Assembly: GCA_963822965.1 (NCBI GenBank)
Contig: CAWGJT010000014.1
Location: forward strand, 192,001 to 256,000
DNA length: 64,000 nucleotides
Direction: 5' to 3'
Source of the DNA: an uncultured delta proteobacterium
GTDB lineage: Bacteria; Myxococcota_A; UBA9160; UBA4427
The first letter of the stretch is position 1; every line of letters starts with the position of its first letter. The position numbers were made by a program, and so were the translations under genes. Positions 52,438 to 64,000 of the stretch are shown here, piece after piece. Below the pieces are notes generated by a model. The model saw only the letters and a list, made by a program, of their open reading frames with translations, was not told where the DNA came from and made no database searches.

Positions 52438-53442
52438 TCAGTCCTGGGAGCGAACCGCCTCGACGACCTTCGCCGCCGAGGGGATGAACGCCTGCTCGAG
52501 CACGCGGCTGAAGGGCACCGGGCTATGGGGCGCCGTCACGCGTCGGACGGGGGTCTGCAGCAGGTCGAAGCCCTGGTCGACGCAGAGTGCCGCGACGTCG
52601 CTCGCGATCGAGCAACGCGGGGTGCTCTCGTCCACGACGACGACGCGCCCGGTCTTCGCGAGCGTCTCGAGGATGGCCGTCTCGTCGAGCGGCTGCAGCG
52701 AGCGCAGGTCGAGCACGTCCGCCTCGATGCCCTCGGCGGCCAGCTGCTGCGCGGCCTCCAGACAGATGCCCACGGTGCCGCCGAAGCCGATCAGCGAGAC
52801 GTCGCCTCCTTCGCGAACCCGCGACGCCTTGCCGATCGGCACCTCGTAGTCGCCCTCGGGCACGTCGCCGGTGGTGCCGAGCACGAGCTTCGCCTCGCAG
52901 AAGATCACCGGGTTGTCGTCTCGGATCGCCGCGAGGAGGAGCCCCTTGGCGTCGGCGGGGTTCGACGGGATCACGGTCTTGAGGCCGGGGATGCCCGTCG
53001 TCATCCAGTAGAGCGACTGGCTGTGCTGGGCCGCCGCCTGCATGCCGGCGCCGCACACGGTACGCACCGTGAGCGGAATGCGGGCCTTGCCGCCGAACAT
53101 GTAGCGGAGCTTGGCGGCCTGGTTGAGGAGCGGGTCGAGGCAGGTTCCGAGGAAGTCGATGAACATCAGCTCGACGACCGGTCGCAGCCCGGTGGCGGCC
53201 GCCCCCACCGCCGTGCCGAGGATCCCCATCTCGCTGATGGGGGTGTCGAGCACCCGGTCGGGAAACGACTTCACCAGCCCCTTCGTCGTCCCGAGCACGC
53301 CGCCCATCTCCTCGAGGCCCTCGCCGTCGCGACGACCGCCCCCCGCCACGTCCTCACCCATCAGGATGACGTCGGGATCGGTCTCCATCGCGATGTGGAT
53401 CGCCTCGTTGACCGCCTTGCCGAAGGAGAGCACCCGGGTCAT
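52438..53442 (-). CDS. acoB: 2-oxoacid/acetoin dehydrogenase E1 beta subunit
   Basis: MGEDV, DTPISE, VELMFIDF, NQAAKLRYMFGG, AAQHSQ, DLRSLQPLD. Confidence 0.88.
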   Translation of the reverse strand: MTRVLSFGKAVNEAIHIAMETDPDVILMGEDVAGGGRRDGEGLEEMGGVLGTTKGLVKSFPDRVLDTPISEMGILGTAVGAAATGLRPVVELMFIDFLGTCLDPLLNQAAKLRYMFGGKARIPLTVRTVCGAGMQAAAQHSQSLYWMTTGIPGLKTVIPSNPADAKGLLLAAIRDDNPVIFCEAKLVLGTTGDVPEGDYEVPIGKASRVREGGDVSLIGFGGTVGICLEAAQQLAAEGIEADVLDLRSLQPLDETAILETLAKTGRVVVVDESTPRCSIASDVAALCVDQGFDLLQTPVRRVTAPHSPVPFSRVLEQAFIPSAAKVVEAVRSQD

Positions 53443-54437
53443 CGGCCACCCCCCGCTCCGGTCGGCGGCGATTCCTCGACGTAGACGTCGCGGAGCAGCT
53501 CGCTCGGGTCCGGCAAGGGAGCCGCCTCGGCGGATTCGACCGCGGCCCGAAGCTCCTCCTGCACCAGCAGGTCGATGCGTCGCAGGTCGTCCGCATCCAC
53601 GAGCTCGGCCTCCACGACATGGCTCTCGAAGAGCTCCAGCGGATCGCGATTCTGGATCCAGTCCTCGGCCTCCTGCTTCGAGCGGTACACCAGCGAATCC
53701 CCGACGAAGTGTCCGGCGAAGCGGTAGGTCTTGCACTCGAGCAGCACCGGGCCTCGGCCGCTGCGACAGTGCTCGATCGCCAGGCCCGCCTTCTCGTAGA
53801 CGTCGAAGAAGTCCATGCCGTCGGCGATCCAGCTCTTCATCGCGTACGACCCGGCGCGCACCGCGATGTCCTTCACCGGCACCACGAAATCCGTCGGCGT
53901 GAACTCCCCGAAGCCGTTGTTCTCGACGACGTAGAGGGCCGGGAGCTTCCAGTTCGCCGCCATGTTGAGCGATTCGTGGAAGGCGCCCTGGTTCGACGCG
54001 CCGTCGCCGAAGAACGCGACGGCGACCCCGCCCGTCCGCTTCATCCTGGCGGTGAGAGCCGCGCCGGTTGCGAGAGGGATGCCGGCGCCCACGATCCCGT
54101 TCGCCCCGAGCATGCCCTTGTCCACGTCGGCGATGTGCATCGAGCCGCCTCGCCCCCGGCAGAGGCCCGTCGCCCGTCCGAAGAGCTCGGCCATCATCCC
54201 CGCGACGTCGACGCCCTTGGCGATGCAGTGCCCGTGGCCGCGGTGGGTGGAGGCGACCGTGTCCGCCCGGCCCAGGTGGGCGCACACGCCGACGGCGACC
54301 GCCTCTTCGCCGAGATAGAGGTGCATGAAGCCCCCCATCTTCCCGGCTGCCACCAGCTCACCCAGCTTCTCCTCGAATCCCCGGATCGTCCGCATCTTGC
54401 GGTAGGCGTCCAACAGGCGCTCGCGGCTCAGGTCCAT
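53439..54437 (-). CDS. acoA: 2-oxoacid/acetoin dehydrogenase E1 alpha subunit (TPP-dependent)
   Basis: HLYLGEEA, STHRGHGH, GRGGSMH, FGDGA...ENN, TYRFAGH. Confidence 0.88.
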   Translation of the reverse strand: MDLSRERLLDAYRKMRTIRGFEEKLGELVAAGKMGGFMHLYLGEEAVAVGVCAHLGRADTVASTHRGHGHCIAKGVDVAGMMAELFGRATGLCRGRGGSMHIADVDKGMLGANGIVGAGIPLATGAALTARMKRTGGVAVAFFGDGASNQGAFHESLNMAANWKLPALYVVENNGFGEFTPTDFVVPVKDIAVRAGSYAMKSWIADGMDFFDVYEKAGLAIEHCRSGRGPVLLECKTYRFAGHFVGDSLVYRSKQEAEDWIQNRDPLELFESHVVEAELVDADDLRRIDLLVQEELRAAVESAEAAPLPDPSELLRDVYVEESPPTGAGGGR

Positions 54438-54581
54438 GACGTCGTCCTCCCGGCCTCGATCTCCAGGGTACCACGCCCGCGGGCCTCGATTCGGAACGAC
54501 GCGACGTCGTCTTCCACGTCCGTCGAAGGAGGACCGTCGCGACGTGGTGAGGGGGCTTCGCGCGTCGCGGTGCGCGGCCCT

Positions 54582-55661
54582 TCAGGCGCCCTCGAGCACG
54601 CGGCGAAAGGACGCCGGCAGGAGCGAGCGGTCGGGTGTTCGCGGGGCGCGGCTGCCGGGGTCGGTCGCGTCGTAGGTGTTCCAGAAGAGCCGCGGTCCGC
54701 TGGGTGCGGTGCCCGCTGCCGCACGGGCGAGAAGAGCGGCCAGGCACTTGCCGCTGTAGGTCGCATCCAGCCGCAGGCCGGCGGCAGCCGCCGTCTCGAT
54801 CGCCGCGAGTCCGGCCTCGCTGGGTGCGCCGTAGCCCGGTCCCAGCTGGTCCTTCAGCAGCACGAAGTCGGCCTTGCGCATGCGGAGGTCGGGGATCGAC
54901 GCGTCGGCGCGTCGAAGCAGCGACAGCGTGGATCGCGCGCTGCGCAGCATGCGCGCCGGGCTCGGCGGCAGGATGTCGGTGACGAGGACACCCATCACCC
55001 GGCTTCGGAGCCCAGCCAGTCGCGCCCCGAGCTGCAGGCCGACCTGCGTGCCGGCCGTGCCCACCGGCACGTAGATCTCGGCGGGCTCCGGCAGCACACC
55101 CGCTTGCACCTGCTCGGCCAGCTCGAAGGCCGCAGACACGAAGCCCACCGTGCCCAGGGGCGACGAGCCTCCCATGGGGATCCAGGTCGGCCGCTCGCCG
55201 CGAAGCGTCGAGCGCGCGAGCACGCGCGCGACCTGCAGGGCGGCGCCGGGCACGTTGCGTCCGTATACGAGCTCGGCGCCCCACGCCGCGTCGAGCATCA
55301 GCCGCTCGTGCACCGCGTCGCAGAGGGGCTGGTCGATCAGGACGAGCGTGGTGGCGAGCCCCGCTGCGGCGCCGTGGATCGTCGTCGCGAGGGCGTGGTT
55401 CGAGCCCAGGCCGCCGACGGTCACGAGCCGGCGGCTTCCGCGTGCGAGCGCCGCGCCGAGCAGGAACTCGAGCTTGCGGGGCTTGTTGCCGCCGTAGGTC
55501 TTCGCGCTGGCCTCGTCACGCTTCACGTACAGGTCGGGGGTGGAAATGCCGTCGAGCGCGAGCGTCTCGACGGGCGTCGGGACCTCGATCAGCGGATGAC
55601 GCGGCAGCGCGTCCCGAAGCCGCGGAAAGGCGCGGAACAGGGCGAGATCCGACGGGGGCAT
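54582..55661 (-). CDS. PLP-dependent D-cysteine desulfhydrase/ACC deaminase family protein
   Basis: PTPV, YVKRD, GGNKPRKLEFLL, SNHA, IPMGGS, GTAGT, LDATYSGK. Confidence 0.9.
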   Translation of the reverse strand: MPPSDLALFRAFPRLRDALPRHPLIEVPTPVETLALDGISTPDLYVKRDEASAKTYGGNKPRKLEFLLGAALARGSRRLVTVGGLGSNHALATTIHGAAAGLATTLVLIDQPLCDAVHERLMLDAAWGAELVYGRNVPGAALQVARVLARSTLRGERPTWIPMGGSSPLGTVGFVSAAFELAEQVQAGVLPEPAEIYVPVGTAGTQVGLQLGARLAGLRSRVMGVLVTDILPPSPARMLRSARSTLSLLRRADASIPDLRMRKADFVLLKDQLGPGYGAPSEAGLAAIETAAAAGLRLDATYSGKCLAALLARAAAGTAPSGPRLFWNTYDATDPGSRAPRTPDRSLLPASFRRVLEGA

Positions 55662-55780
55662 GCAGGCTCCTCTCGTTGGGCGCGCCCGAGACCCGCAGCG
55701 AGTGTCTCCGACCAGACCGGCCAGCACCAGGGGCCGGTTCCATCGTTGCGGACCCGGCGGTTGCGGGGGATCCTCTCGGC

Positions 55781-56503
55781 ATGGCAACCGAGACCCACGC
55801 CGATCAGCTCGCGAAGCTGGCGAAGCAGGGCCGCGTGGGCAGTGCGCCGGTGGCCGCCTCGACGGTGATCCTGGTGCGCGACGCCCGCGCCGGTCTCGAG
55901 ACGCTGATGCTCCGTAAGAACTCGAAGATCGCGTTCGGGGGGATGTGGGTGTTCCCGGGTGGACGGGTCGACCCGGCCGACCGCGCCGGTCTCGAACCGG
56001 ACGACGACCTCGGCGCCGCCCGCCGCGCCGCAGCGCGCGAGGCCCAGGAGGAATCGGCCCTGGTGGTCGAGCCCGAGGCGCTGGTCCCGTTCTCCCACTG
56101 GACGCCGCCGCCGATCACACCGCGGCGCTACCTCACCTGGTTCTTCCTGGCGGTCGCGCCCGGCGACGAGGTGGTGATCGACCAGGGCGAGATCCACGAG
56201 CACGCCTGGATGTCGCCCGGCAGAGGCCCTTACGCGTCGCGAAGCCGGGAGAGATCGAGATCGCGCCGCCCACCTTCGTGAGCCTCTTCGAGCTGTCGCG
56301 CTGGCCCTCCGTCGACGAGGCGCTCGCGGCCGTGCGCGCGCGAGCCCCCGAGCGCTTCGAGACGCGCATCTGCGTCGAGGAGAGCGGGCCCGTCGCGCTC
56401 TGGCACGGCGACGCGGGCTACGCGGAGAGCGACGCCGCGAAGCCCGGCCCGCGCCATCGCCTGCGCATGGCGGCCGAGCGGCTGGCGCTACGAGCGCTCC
56501 TGA
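55781..56503 (+). CDS. NUDIX hydrolase (frameshifts near 56225 and 56480)
   Basis: ASTVILVRD, WVFPGGRVD, AAAREAQEES, SHWTPP, APPTF; likely end WRYERS-stop. Confidence 0.8.
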
Positions 56504-57161
56504 GCGCGCTCGAGGCCGCGCAGGATGATCTCGGCGAGGGCGTCGGCGGTGGCCTTGGGGGGCTGGTCGGCCAGGGCGGCGACCTCGGGATCGCGCGAAC
56601 TCGCGTCCGAGGCCGCCGAGCACGTGGGCGACGGCGGCCGTGTCGACGGGCTGGATGTCGCCGCTCGCGACGGCGCGGTCGAGCAGGCTCTGGGTGACCG
56701 ACGACCACGTAGGCCTCGTGGGCGTCGAGCAGGCGCTGGGCGCCGGGGACGTCGGCGAACACCCGGGACAGGGCACCGGTCTCGGGCTGCACGGCCTCGT
56801 GGGCGTTGGCGAGATAGGTGCGCAGCGCGTCCAGGGGCGCCATGGCCGGATCGAGGGCGCTCGACGCGGCGCGCCCGATGCGGTGCAGGCGCCGATCCAC
56901 GAGGGTGAGGATGAGCTCGTCCTTGCTCGGCGCGATGCCGTAGAGCGTGCGCAGCGAGCAGTTCATCTCGGCCGCGATCTGGGCCATGGTGAGCTCGGGG
57001 AGCTTCTCGCCGGTGAGCAGCGCCTCGAGGTCGTCGAGCATCTCGCGTTGGCGGACGGTGAGACCGCGCTCGGTCTCGGGCGCGAGCAGCGGCTTGCGGC
57101 GCGCGCACGCCCGGAAAGCGCATGCGGCGGGCGCGCTCGGCTTCCGCGACGACGTGGGCAC
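56488..57161 (-). CDS. TetR/AcrR family regulator (frameshifted)
   Basis: LTMAQIAAEMNCSLRTLYGIAPSKDEL; C-terminus ALAEIILRGL in another frame. Start is approximate. Confidence 0.8.
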
Positions 57162-57163
57162 GC

Positions 57164-58940
57164 TCAAGGCAGCAGCGCCTCGGGCATCTCGACGACCCGC
57201 GCCCGCAGCCACTCGCCCAGGCTCTTCGCCTGCGGGTCCTGGCGCGTCGGCGGCCGCGACGCCCTCCTCGAGCAGCCCGTGGATCACGAAGTTGAGGCTG
57301 CGGAGCGCGGGCAGGCGGTGGCGATCGATCGCCAGGGTCTGCCACCTCGGGCAGCAGCTCGCGCAGCCGCTCCACGCGTGAGGAACCCGTCGAGCCAGGC
57401 CCAGGCCTCGTCGCTGCGGGCGAAGACGCCCAGGTTCGCGTTGCCGCCCTTGTCGCCGGAGCGGGCGCCGAAGACGCGTGCCGAGCGGCGCGCGCCGCGT
57501 GGCGCCGGCGGGCGCCTTGGCGCGTCGGGCTCGGCGGCCGGCCGGATCGTGCGCCGGCGCCGTCGGGATCACGCGACTCCACGCGCCGGGTCTCGCCGCC
57601 GAGCAGCACCACCTCCTGGGGCACGGTGTCCGCGGGCACGAGCGCCGGCTCGTAGACGCCGAACGGGCGGCCCGCCGAGGGACCGCCGCCCACGCCGAAG
57701 AAGCCGGGGATGGTCGCCAGGGCGAGCTCGGTCACCGCGTTCGAGAACGCGCGTCCGACCTTCTTCTCGTCGGGATCCTTCACGCTGATGCGCAGGATGG
57801 CGACCGCCTCCTCGTTGGTCGCGGGGTCGGGCTTGTCGGTGCGCATGAGCCGCGTCGTCACCTGCTGCGAAGTCGCCGGGCGCCGTAGGGGCAGCGCCGC
57901 CCAGAAGGCGTCCTCGACCAGCTTCGCCTTCTCCTCGATGTCGAGGCCCGGTGAGGCAGACGCTCATGTCGTTGCGGAAGCCGCCCGAGCGGTTCATGCA
58001 GACCTTGAGGGTGCGGCGTCGGCGGCTCGCCCTGGATGCCGTGCATGCGCACCCGGTCCGGCGCCACCTGCTCGAGCTGGATGGTGTCGAAGCGCGTGGT
58101 GACGTCGGGCCCGAAGTACTCGGGCGCCGCCGATCTCGTAGAGGAGCTGCGACGTGATCGTGCCGATCGAGACCTCGCCGCCGGTGCCGTCGTGCTTGCC
58201 GATCACCGAGGAGCCGTCCGCGGCGACCTCGGCCCACGGGAAGCCGACCCGCTCCATGCCCGGCACCTCGCGTGAAGAACGAGTAGTTGCCGCCGGTCGC
58301 CTGGGTGCCGCACTCGATCACGTGGCCGGCGGCGACGGCGCCCGCGAGCGCGTCCAAGTCGTCGCGCGACCAGCCGTGGTGCCAGGCCGCCGGGCCGCAC
58401 ACCACCGCGGCGTCGGTCACGCGTCCGGTGATCACGATGTCGGCGCCGCGCTCGAGGGCGTCGACGATGCCCCAGCAGCCGAGGTAGGCGTTGGCGGTGA
58501 GGAAGCGCGAGACGTCCTTGATGGGCTCGCCGGTCTCGAAGTGGGTGAGCTGGTTGCGGGCCGATCAGCTCCGGCATGCCGCGGCATCAGGTCGTCGCCG
58601 CGCACGTAGGCGATCTTCGGATGACAGGCCGAGCTCGGCTCGCCACCTCGGCGACCGCCTCGGCGCAGCCGTCGGGATCGAGGCCGCCCGCGTTCGAGAC
58701 CACCTTGATGCCCCGCTCGAGGCAGGTGCCCATCACCTCCTCCATCTGGCTGACGAAGGTGTGGGCGTAGCCGCCGCCCGGCCGCTTGAGCCGCGTGCGG
58801 GCCAGGATCAGCATGGTGAGCTCGGCGAGCCAGTCGCCGGTCAGGACGTCGATGGGGCCGCCCTCGACCATCTCCTTCGCCGCCGAGAGGCGATCTCCGA
58901 AGAAGCCCGAGCAGTTGGCGATGCGGATCGGGTTCGGCCA

Positions 58941-58941
<1 letters not shown>
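57164..58941 (-). CDS. atuA: Acyclic terpene utilization AtuA family protein (many frameshifts)
   Basis: RIANCSGFFGDR, LTGDWLAELTM, VVSNAGG, VITGRVTD, AGHVIECGTQATGGN, ARSGDKGGNAN, DPQAKSLGE. Confidence 0.85.
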
Positions 58942-60930
<1,989 letters not shown>

Positions 60931-60934
<4 letters not shown>

Positions 60935-62595
60935 AGCCGGAACACTCCGTAGCCGTCGGCGCCCTCGATCGGGCTTGTTGCGCACGACCGAGAGGCAGAT
61001 CCCGAGCACCGTGCGCGTGTCGCGCGGATCGATGATGCCGTCGTCGCTGATGGCGCCGGTCGCCTCCAGGGCGAGGGAGCCCTTCTCCTGGATCGCCTCG
61101 ACGGCGGCGACGATCTTCGCGTCCGCCTCCTCGTCGAAGGGCTCGCCCTTCCGCGCGGCCTGGCCCCGGCGCACGATCGACATCACGCCGGCGATCTGCT
61201 TGCGGCGCCCATCACGGCGATCTTCGCGCGTGGGCCAGATGAAGGTGAAGCGGTTGTTGAAGGCGCGGCCGGACATCGCGTAGGTGCCGGCGCCGTAGGA
61301 GGCGCCGAAGATCACCGTCAGGTGCGGCACCGTCGAGTTCGAGACGGCGTTGATCATCTGCGAGCCCTTCTTGATGATGCCCGCCTGCTCGAAGTCGCGG
61401 CCCACCACGAAGCCCGTGAGGTTCTGCAGGAAGAGCAGCGGCACGTCGATCTGGTTGCAGAGCTGGATGAAGTGCGCGGCCTTCTCGGCGGACTCGGGGT
61501 AGATCACGCCGTTGTTGCCGAGGATGCCGACCGGGTAGCCGTGGATCGGACGACCAGCCGCAGACCAGCGTCGGCGCCGTAGCGCGGCTTGAACTCCTCG
61601 AAGCGCGAGCCGTCGACGACGCGCGCGATCACCTCGCGGACGTCGACCGGGCGGCGCAGGTCCGGGCTCACGAGGCCCAGCAGCTCCTCGGGATCGTGGA
61701 CGGGCGCGTCGGCGCGCCAGGCTCGGCGGCGGGCCCGGGCTTGCGCCAGTTCAGGTGCGAGACCACCTCGCGGCACAGGCGCAGGGCGTCCGTCTCGTCC
61801 TCGGCCAGGTACTCGCCGAGCCCCGAGATCTCGGCGTGCATCTGCGCGCCGCCCAGGGTCTCGTCGTCGGAGTCCTCGCCGGTCGCCATCTTCACCAGCG
61901 GCGGACCGGCCAGGAAGATCTTCGACTGCTCCTTGATCACGATGTTGTAGTCGGACATGCCGGGCTGGTAGGCGCCGCCGGCCGTGGAGGAGCCGAAGAC
62001 CACGCAGACCGTCGGGATCTCGAGCTTCGAGAGCTCGATCATCTCGTAGAAGAAGCGGCCGGTCTCGGCGAAGTGCTCGGTTCGCGCCCGGCGTCTTCCG
62101 CCGCCCTCCCCGTCGCCCGTCTGGACGCGCAGGTCGGCGCCCGCCGACTCGACGAACTACACGTAGGGGATGCGGTTGTCGCGGGCGATCTCGAGGGCGC
62201 GCATCCACTTCTTGCTCACGTAGGGCGTGAGGGCGCCGCCGAGCACCGTGGGGTCGTTGGCGAAGATCACGCACTCGACGCCCGCGATGACGCCGATGCC
62301 CAGCACCGCGCCGCCGCCGATCGTGTAGTCGGAGTCGTAGGCGGCCAGCGGGCTGATCTCGAGGAAGGGGCTGTCGGGGTCGAGGGCCAGGGCGATGCGC
62401 TCGCGGACCGGGCAGCTTGCCGCGGCTCGCGCAGGCGCTCGTGGGCCTTCGGGCCGCCGCCGGCCTCGGCCTCGTCGAGCAGCCGGTCGATCTCGGCCAG
62501 CTTCTCCAGCATGGCGCCGGCGGTTCTCCTCGAACTCGGGGATCGCGGGCGTCGAGGCTCGAGGGGAGGGGCGGTGCGAGCAGGGTGGGTCGCAT
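60931..62595 (-). CDS. Acyl-CoA carboxylase carboxyltransferase subunit (AtuC/MccB-like; frameshifted)
   Basis: RERI...[59 protein letters not shown]. Confidence 0.9.
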
Positions 62596-62618
62596 GATCC
62601 TTCCATTCCGGAGACGGG

Positions 62619-62667
62619 TTGACGGCTAGGTAACACGTGGGGTAATACAGTGCAACCGAAATTACCC
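62619..62667. promoter_or_regulatory. Promoter/operator candidate between the divergent carboxylase and crotonase operons
   Basis: TTGACG-N18-TAATAC overlapped by the inverted repeat GGGTAAT-N14-ATTACCC. Confidence 0.5.
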
Positions 62668-62745
62668 ATCCGTCCCGACGTATCCTCCCTCCCTACCTCT
62701 TCCTCTAGTTCCCAGCCGACTCTTCCGACCCGACAGGAGCCCCCC

Positions 62746-63531
62746 ATGAGCCAGGTGAAGGTCGAGACGTCCGCCGGTGTGATGACGGCGACCCTCGCCG
62801 ACGTGGAGAGCCGCAACGCGCTCGGGGCGGGTCTGGTGCAGGGCCTGCGCGACGCCCTCGCCGCGGCCAACGCCGATCCCGACGTCCGCGCCCTGGTGGT
62901 GACGAACGAGGGCACGGTCTTCTGCGCCGGCGCCAACCTGAAGGAGCGATCCGCGCCGGCGGCCGGCGGCAGCGCGGGTGCGAGCGCGCCCGGCTCGGGC
63001 GGCTTCGAGACGCTGCTCCACGAGATCCAGGTCTCGCCCACCCCGGTGGTGGCGCGGATCGCGGGCCACGTGCTGGGCGGTGGCAACGGCCTCGCCTCGG
63101 TGTGCGACGTCTCGATCGCGGCGGCCGAGGTGAAGTTCGGCTTCACCGAGGTGCGTCTCGGGGTGGCTCCCGCGATCATCTCCGTCGTCTGCCTGCCCAA
63201 GATGCGACGGGGCGAAGCGCTCGAGGCCTTCCTGCGCGGCAACCGCTTTCCCGCGACGCGCGCCGCCGAGCTCGGCCTGATCAGCCGCGCGGTACCCGCC
63301 GACGAGCTCGACGACGCGGTGGAAGAGGTGCTGGCGGACATCCGCGCCGGAGGCCCCAACGCCCTCGCTGCCGCCAAGCGTCTCGTCTACGAGGTGCCGG
63401 ACATGCCCACCAGCGAGGCGTTCGCGTTCACCGCGAAGCTCTCGGGCGAGCTGTTCCGCGGCCCCGAGGCCGCCGAGGGCATGGCGGCCTTCCTGGGCAA
63501 GCGCAAGCCTGCCTGGGCCGCCGAGGAATGA
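62746..63531 (+). CDS. Enoyl-CoA hydratase (methylglutaconyl-CoA hydratase/AtuE-like)
   Basis: AGGAG RBS, RNAL, FCAGANL, GGGNGL...CD, FGFTEVRLGVAPAII. Confidence 0.9.
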   Translation: MSQVKVETSAGVMTATLADVESRNALGAGLVQGLRDALAAANADPDVRALVVTNEGTVFCAGANLKERSAPAAGGSAGASAPGSGGFETLLHEIQVSPTPVVARIAGHVLGGGNGLASVCDVSIAAAEVKFGFTEVRLGVAPAIISVVCLPKMRRGEALEAFLRGNRFPATRAAELGLISRAVPADELDDAVEEVLADIRAGGPNALAAAKRLVYEVPDMPTSEAFAFTAKLSGELFRGPEAAEGMAAFLGKRKPAWAAEE

Positions 63532-63552
63532 CCGTCCGCACCGAGAGCCCAC

Positions 63553-63582
63553 GAGCCAGAGCCAGGGCCAGCGCCAGGGCCA
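63553..63582. repeat. Degenerate 6-bp tandem repeat (GNGCCA x5)
   Basis: GAGCCA GAGCCA GGGCCA GCGCCA GGGCCA in the intergenic spacer. Confidence 0.6.
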
Positions 63583-63601
63583 GAGGAAGGAGAGCTGCGA
63601 A

Positions 63602-64000
63602 ATGAAGATCGACGCGGGACTGATGGGGGCGCTGGACCAGGTGCCCCAGGCGGCGAAGGCGCTCGAGGCGCAGGGCTTCGACGGCGCCGTCACGGCGGAG
63701 ATGAGCAGCGACCCGTTCCTGCCGCTGCTGCTGGCCGCCGAGCACACCGAACGCATCGAGCTCATGACCTCCATCGCCGTGGCGTTCTCGCGCAACCCGA
63801 TGATCGTCGCGAACCTCGCGAACGACCTGCAGGCCTTCTCGAAGGGTCGCTTCATCCTGGGGCTCGGCTCGCAGATCAAGCCCCACATCACCAAGCGCTT
63901 CAGCATGCCCTGGTCGCATCCCGCGGCGCGCATGCGAGAGTTCATCCTGGCCATGCGCTCGATCTGGGGCTGCTGGTACCAGGGCGAGAAGCTCGACTTC
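63602..64000 (+). CDS. LLM-class putative F420-dependent oxidoreductase (partial, runs off the window)
   Basis: Manual translation: MKIDAGL...AEMSSDPFLPL...TSIAVAFSRNP...GRFILGLGSQIKPHITKRFSMPWSHPAARMREF. Confidence 0.85.
   Translation, partial: MKIDAGLMGALDQVPQAAKALEAQGFDGAVTAEMSSDPFLPLLLAAEHTERIELMTSIAVAFSRNPMIVANLANDLQAFSKGRFILGLGSQIKPHITKRFSMPWSHPAARMREFILAMRSIWGCWYQGEKLDF

Overview
A very GC-rich bacterial window with dense, mostly operonic genes. PEP-CTERM, multiheme cytochromes, hopanoid genes and F420-type LLM enzymes suggest a Myxococcota/deltaproteobacteria-like host (inference only). Many genes are broken by single-base indels, clustered at about 7-13 kb, 20-30 kb and 56-62.5 kb, most likely long-read errors. 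Contents in order: (1) surface-modification genes (APH-type kinase, nucleotidyltransferase, sulfotransferase, GT4, ferritin-like protein, GT2); (2) an LLM oxidoreductase and an acyl-CoA dehydrogenase; (3) a MacAB-like ABC exporter operon split by an inverted PEP-CTERM gene, preceded by a large lipoprotein; (4) SPFH and CLC-CBS genes; (5) a complete group 1 membrane-bound [NiFe]-hydrogenase operon (small, large, cytochrome b, protease, hypF-C-D-E, crotonase, hypA-B); (6) TetR-EmrAB; (7) hpnO-hpnA-ybhB-flavoprotein; (8) a beta-CASP nuclease, gene remnants and small catabolic genes; (9) a cytochrome c-Rieske-cytochrome b-11-heme cytochrome-NapC/NirT cluster; (10) acoABC-like dehydrogenase; (11) an Atu-like carboxylase cluster. 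The top candidate for a new system is a stand-alone crotonase translationally coupled inside the hyp operon. Its active-site segment (AYGKTGLSGAESATFFLPRLVG) resembles the CO-releasing C-terminal domain of HypX, but it has no formyltransferase domain. Two copies of a CTAG-bounded ~70 bp hairpin element also lie 47 kb apart. No rRNA, tRNA, CRISPR array or transposase was recognised.
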